In this document: in pieces, positions 62,747-64,000 of the stretch
Numbering within the stretch: the first letter of the stretch is position 1
How the letters are laid out: each line of letters opens with the position of its first letter
Assembly (NCBI GenBank): GCA_965261895.1
Contig: OZ253480.1
Location: forward strand, 549,560-613,559
DNA: 64,000 nucleotides
Source of the DNA: an uncultured Candidatus Binatia bacterium
GTDB lineage: Bacteria; Desulfobacterota; Binatia; UBA9968; JAJDTQ01
Direction of reading: 5' to 3'
The notes under the pieces: model-generated
Seen by the model: only the letters and a program-made list of their open reading frames with translations
Database searches by the model: none
Told to the model about the DNA's origin: nothing
Translations under genes and position numbers: made by a program

Positions 62747-62893
62747 CTCCCAAGTGTTTTACCGATATCCGGAGATCCTCCGACGAGGCCCCGCCCGCTA
62801 CGATGTGCAAAACGCTGCATCATCCAGGCTCACCGCCATGAACCGCGCATTATAAGGAGCCGCCGGTCTCCGTGTCAAACAACGGCGCCCGCT

Positions 62894-62932
62894 CAAACAA
62901 AAGGCGCCGGAAGCTTCCCGCTCCCGGCGCCT
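62894..62932 (-). terminator. Rho-independent terminator for tctC-3
   Basis: AGGCGCCGG-aagcttcccgctc-CCGGCGCCT plus TTTTGTTTG on the minus strand. Confidence 0.5.
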
Positions 62933-62957
62933 TTGCTCGCTGCGTTCCGGTCCAGCC

Positions 62958-63986
62958 CTACGATTCGCCGAATATATCCTTGAAGATGGCCAGGTTCTCG
63001 GGGGACGCGGAGAGGACATTCTTCCAGAGTTGCTGGAGTTCTGCGCCGGTGGACGGAACGACAATCCGCCTGATCCTCTTGGCCTCCGACAGGAACTTCG
63101 GGTCCTTCATGGTCGCGTCAAAGGCATCGCGCATGATCTTGACACGGTCCTTGGGCACACCAGGGGGAAGCGCATACGGACGGCCGTAGTGGGTGAGATC
63201 GAAGGTGACCTTTATCAACTCACGGTGAGCGTCGGTCTTGGCGTATTCCAACAACGTGGGCGTATCGGGGAAGTCTTTGGTCCTGCCCCCTTCGGGCGTC
63301 GGTGCCTGCGCCAGCATGGCGACCTTGCCGTCGTCCCACATGTCGCCGAGCTGATCGGCGAACGAGCCCGGGGTGTTTCCGGACGACTGGACCTCGCCCT
63401 GGCGAAACGCGAGACTGTACTGTCGCGCGCCGGGGTAACCGAAGACATAGTCGAAGACCTTCTTTCCCGCTAACTTTTCCATCACCTTGCCCATGGTATA
63501 GCCCAGGGATTGACGTCCGCTGTTTCCGCTGGTGAGCAGCTTCTTGGAAGCCAGCACCGACTTCCAATCAGGAAACTCAGCCTTGCGGGTGAAGAGGATG
63601 GCGCTCTCGATGGCGGCGACGCCGACGGCGTTGATCTTGTTAAAGTCGAATCGCGCACGCTTGGCGCCGATGACCTGGTGGAACCACACGCCCCAATTGA
63701 TCTGCTCCAACACCGTGCCGTCCCGCTTGGCCTTCCGGTAAAGGTAGTCCGCGGCCATTATGCCGCCGGCACCGGGCATGTTCTGCACGACAAACGTGGG
63801 GTTCCCTGGAATATGCCTGGAGATATGTCGCGCAATGAGCCGCGAGTATGTGTCGTTACCCCCTCCGGGGCTTGAGGAAACGACCAAACGTACTCTCTTG
63901 CCCTTATAGAAATCATCGGCGGCATGGAGCGGCCCTGATATCATGACCGCCAGAAGCAAGGCGGTCATGGCCATGAATAGTCTCAT
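62958..63986 (-). CDS. tctC: TctC/Bug-family substrate-binding protein, paralog 3 (divergent)
   Basis: 342 aa with signal peptide MRLFMAMTALLLAVMISGPLHA. Confidence 0.85.
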   Translation of the reverse strand: MRLFMAMTALLLAVMISGPLHAADDFYKGKRVRLVVSSSPGGGNDTYSRLIARHISRHIPGNPTFVVQNMPGAGGIMAADYLYRKAKRDGTVLEQINWGVWFHQVIGAKRARFDFNKINAVGVAAIESAILFTRKAEFPDWKSVLASKKLLTSGNSGRQSLGYTMGKVMEKLAGKKVFDYVFGYPGARQYSLAFRQGEVQSSGNTPGSFADQLGDMWDDGKVAMLAQAPTPEGGRTKDFPDTPTLLEYAKTDAHRELIKVTFDLTHYGRPYALPPGVPKDRVKIMRDAFDATMKDPKFLSEAKRIRRIVVPSTGAELQQLWKNVLSASPENLAIFKDIFGES

Positions 63987-64000
63987 CTGTACCTCCTGAT

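Overview
This is a 64 kb, visibly GC-rich bacterial chromosomal segment (GC not computed; codon third positions are strongly G/C-biased). It is densely coding, mostly on the minus strand. Gene content in order:
- A UbiD-family decarboxylase.
- An OsmC-family peroxiredoxin whose reading frame is interrupted by an in-frame TGA exactly at the peroxidatic Cys position, so it is a candidate selenoprotein with a SECIS-like hairpin downstream.
- A NodB-type polysaccharide deacetylase, a DUF72 gene translationally coupled to threonine synthase, and an RND efflux operon (membrane-fusion protein, RND pump, lipocalin-like gene, PrpF-family isomerase) with no outer-membrane factor gene.
- Ornithine cyclodeaminase, EamA and MFS transporters, a ParDE pair, a PolB-exo-like 3'-5' exonuclease and a BNR-repeat protein.
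- A translationally coupled xanthine-dehydrogenase-family Mo-hydroxylase operon (coxM-coxL-coxS).
- A lower-GC defence and toxin-antitoxin island: DUF433/DUF5615 pair, an AAA ATPase fragment, Septu PtuA/PtuB, HigBA and an orphan DUF1778 antitoxin.
- An alpha/beta hydrolase plus two MFS transporters, an NYN/OST-HTH protein, 2-hydroxyacid dehydrogenase, cyclase, TenA/PqqC-like protein and D-aminoacylase.
- An FrdA/SdhA-like flavoprotein with a small 2Fe-2S protein, SthA-like transhydrogenase, an orphan BrnA-like antitoxin with an unknown 287-aa protein, and a second HigBA.
- An LLM-class flavin oxidoreductase, an ArsB/NhaD permease, a complete mrpABCDEFG antiporter operon and CoA-transferase A/B subunits.
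- A ferredoxin-NrfD fusion with a Tat-less molybdopterin oxidoreductase, followed by tctA, tctB and three tandem tctC paralogs, each with its own terminator.

Intergenic space carries at least four families of hairpin and palindromic repeats:
- A: GGGCGGGTTTGAAACCCGCCC, 10 copies.
- B: palindromes with about 41-bp arms, 5 loci.
- C: CCCTCACCC / CCCTCTCCCAGAGGGAGAGGG, including a 3 x 47-bp tandem array.
- D: a MITE-like element with 32-bp perfect terminal inverted repeats.

No rRNA, tRNA, CRISPR array or transposase/integrase gene was recognised.
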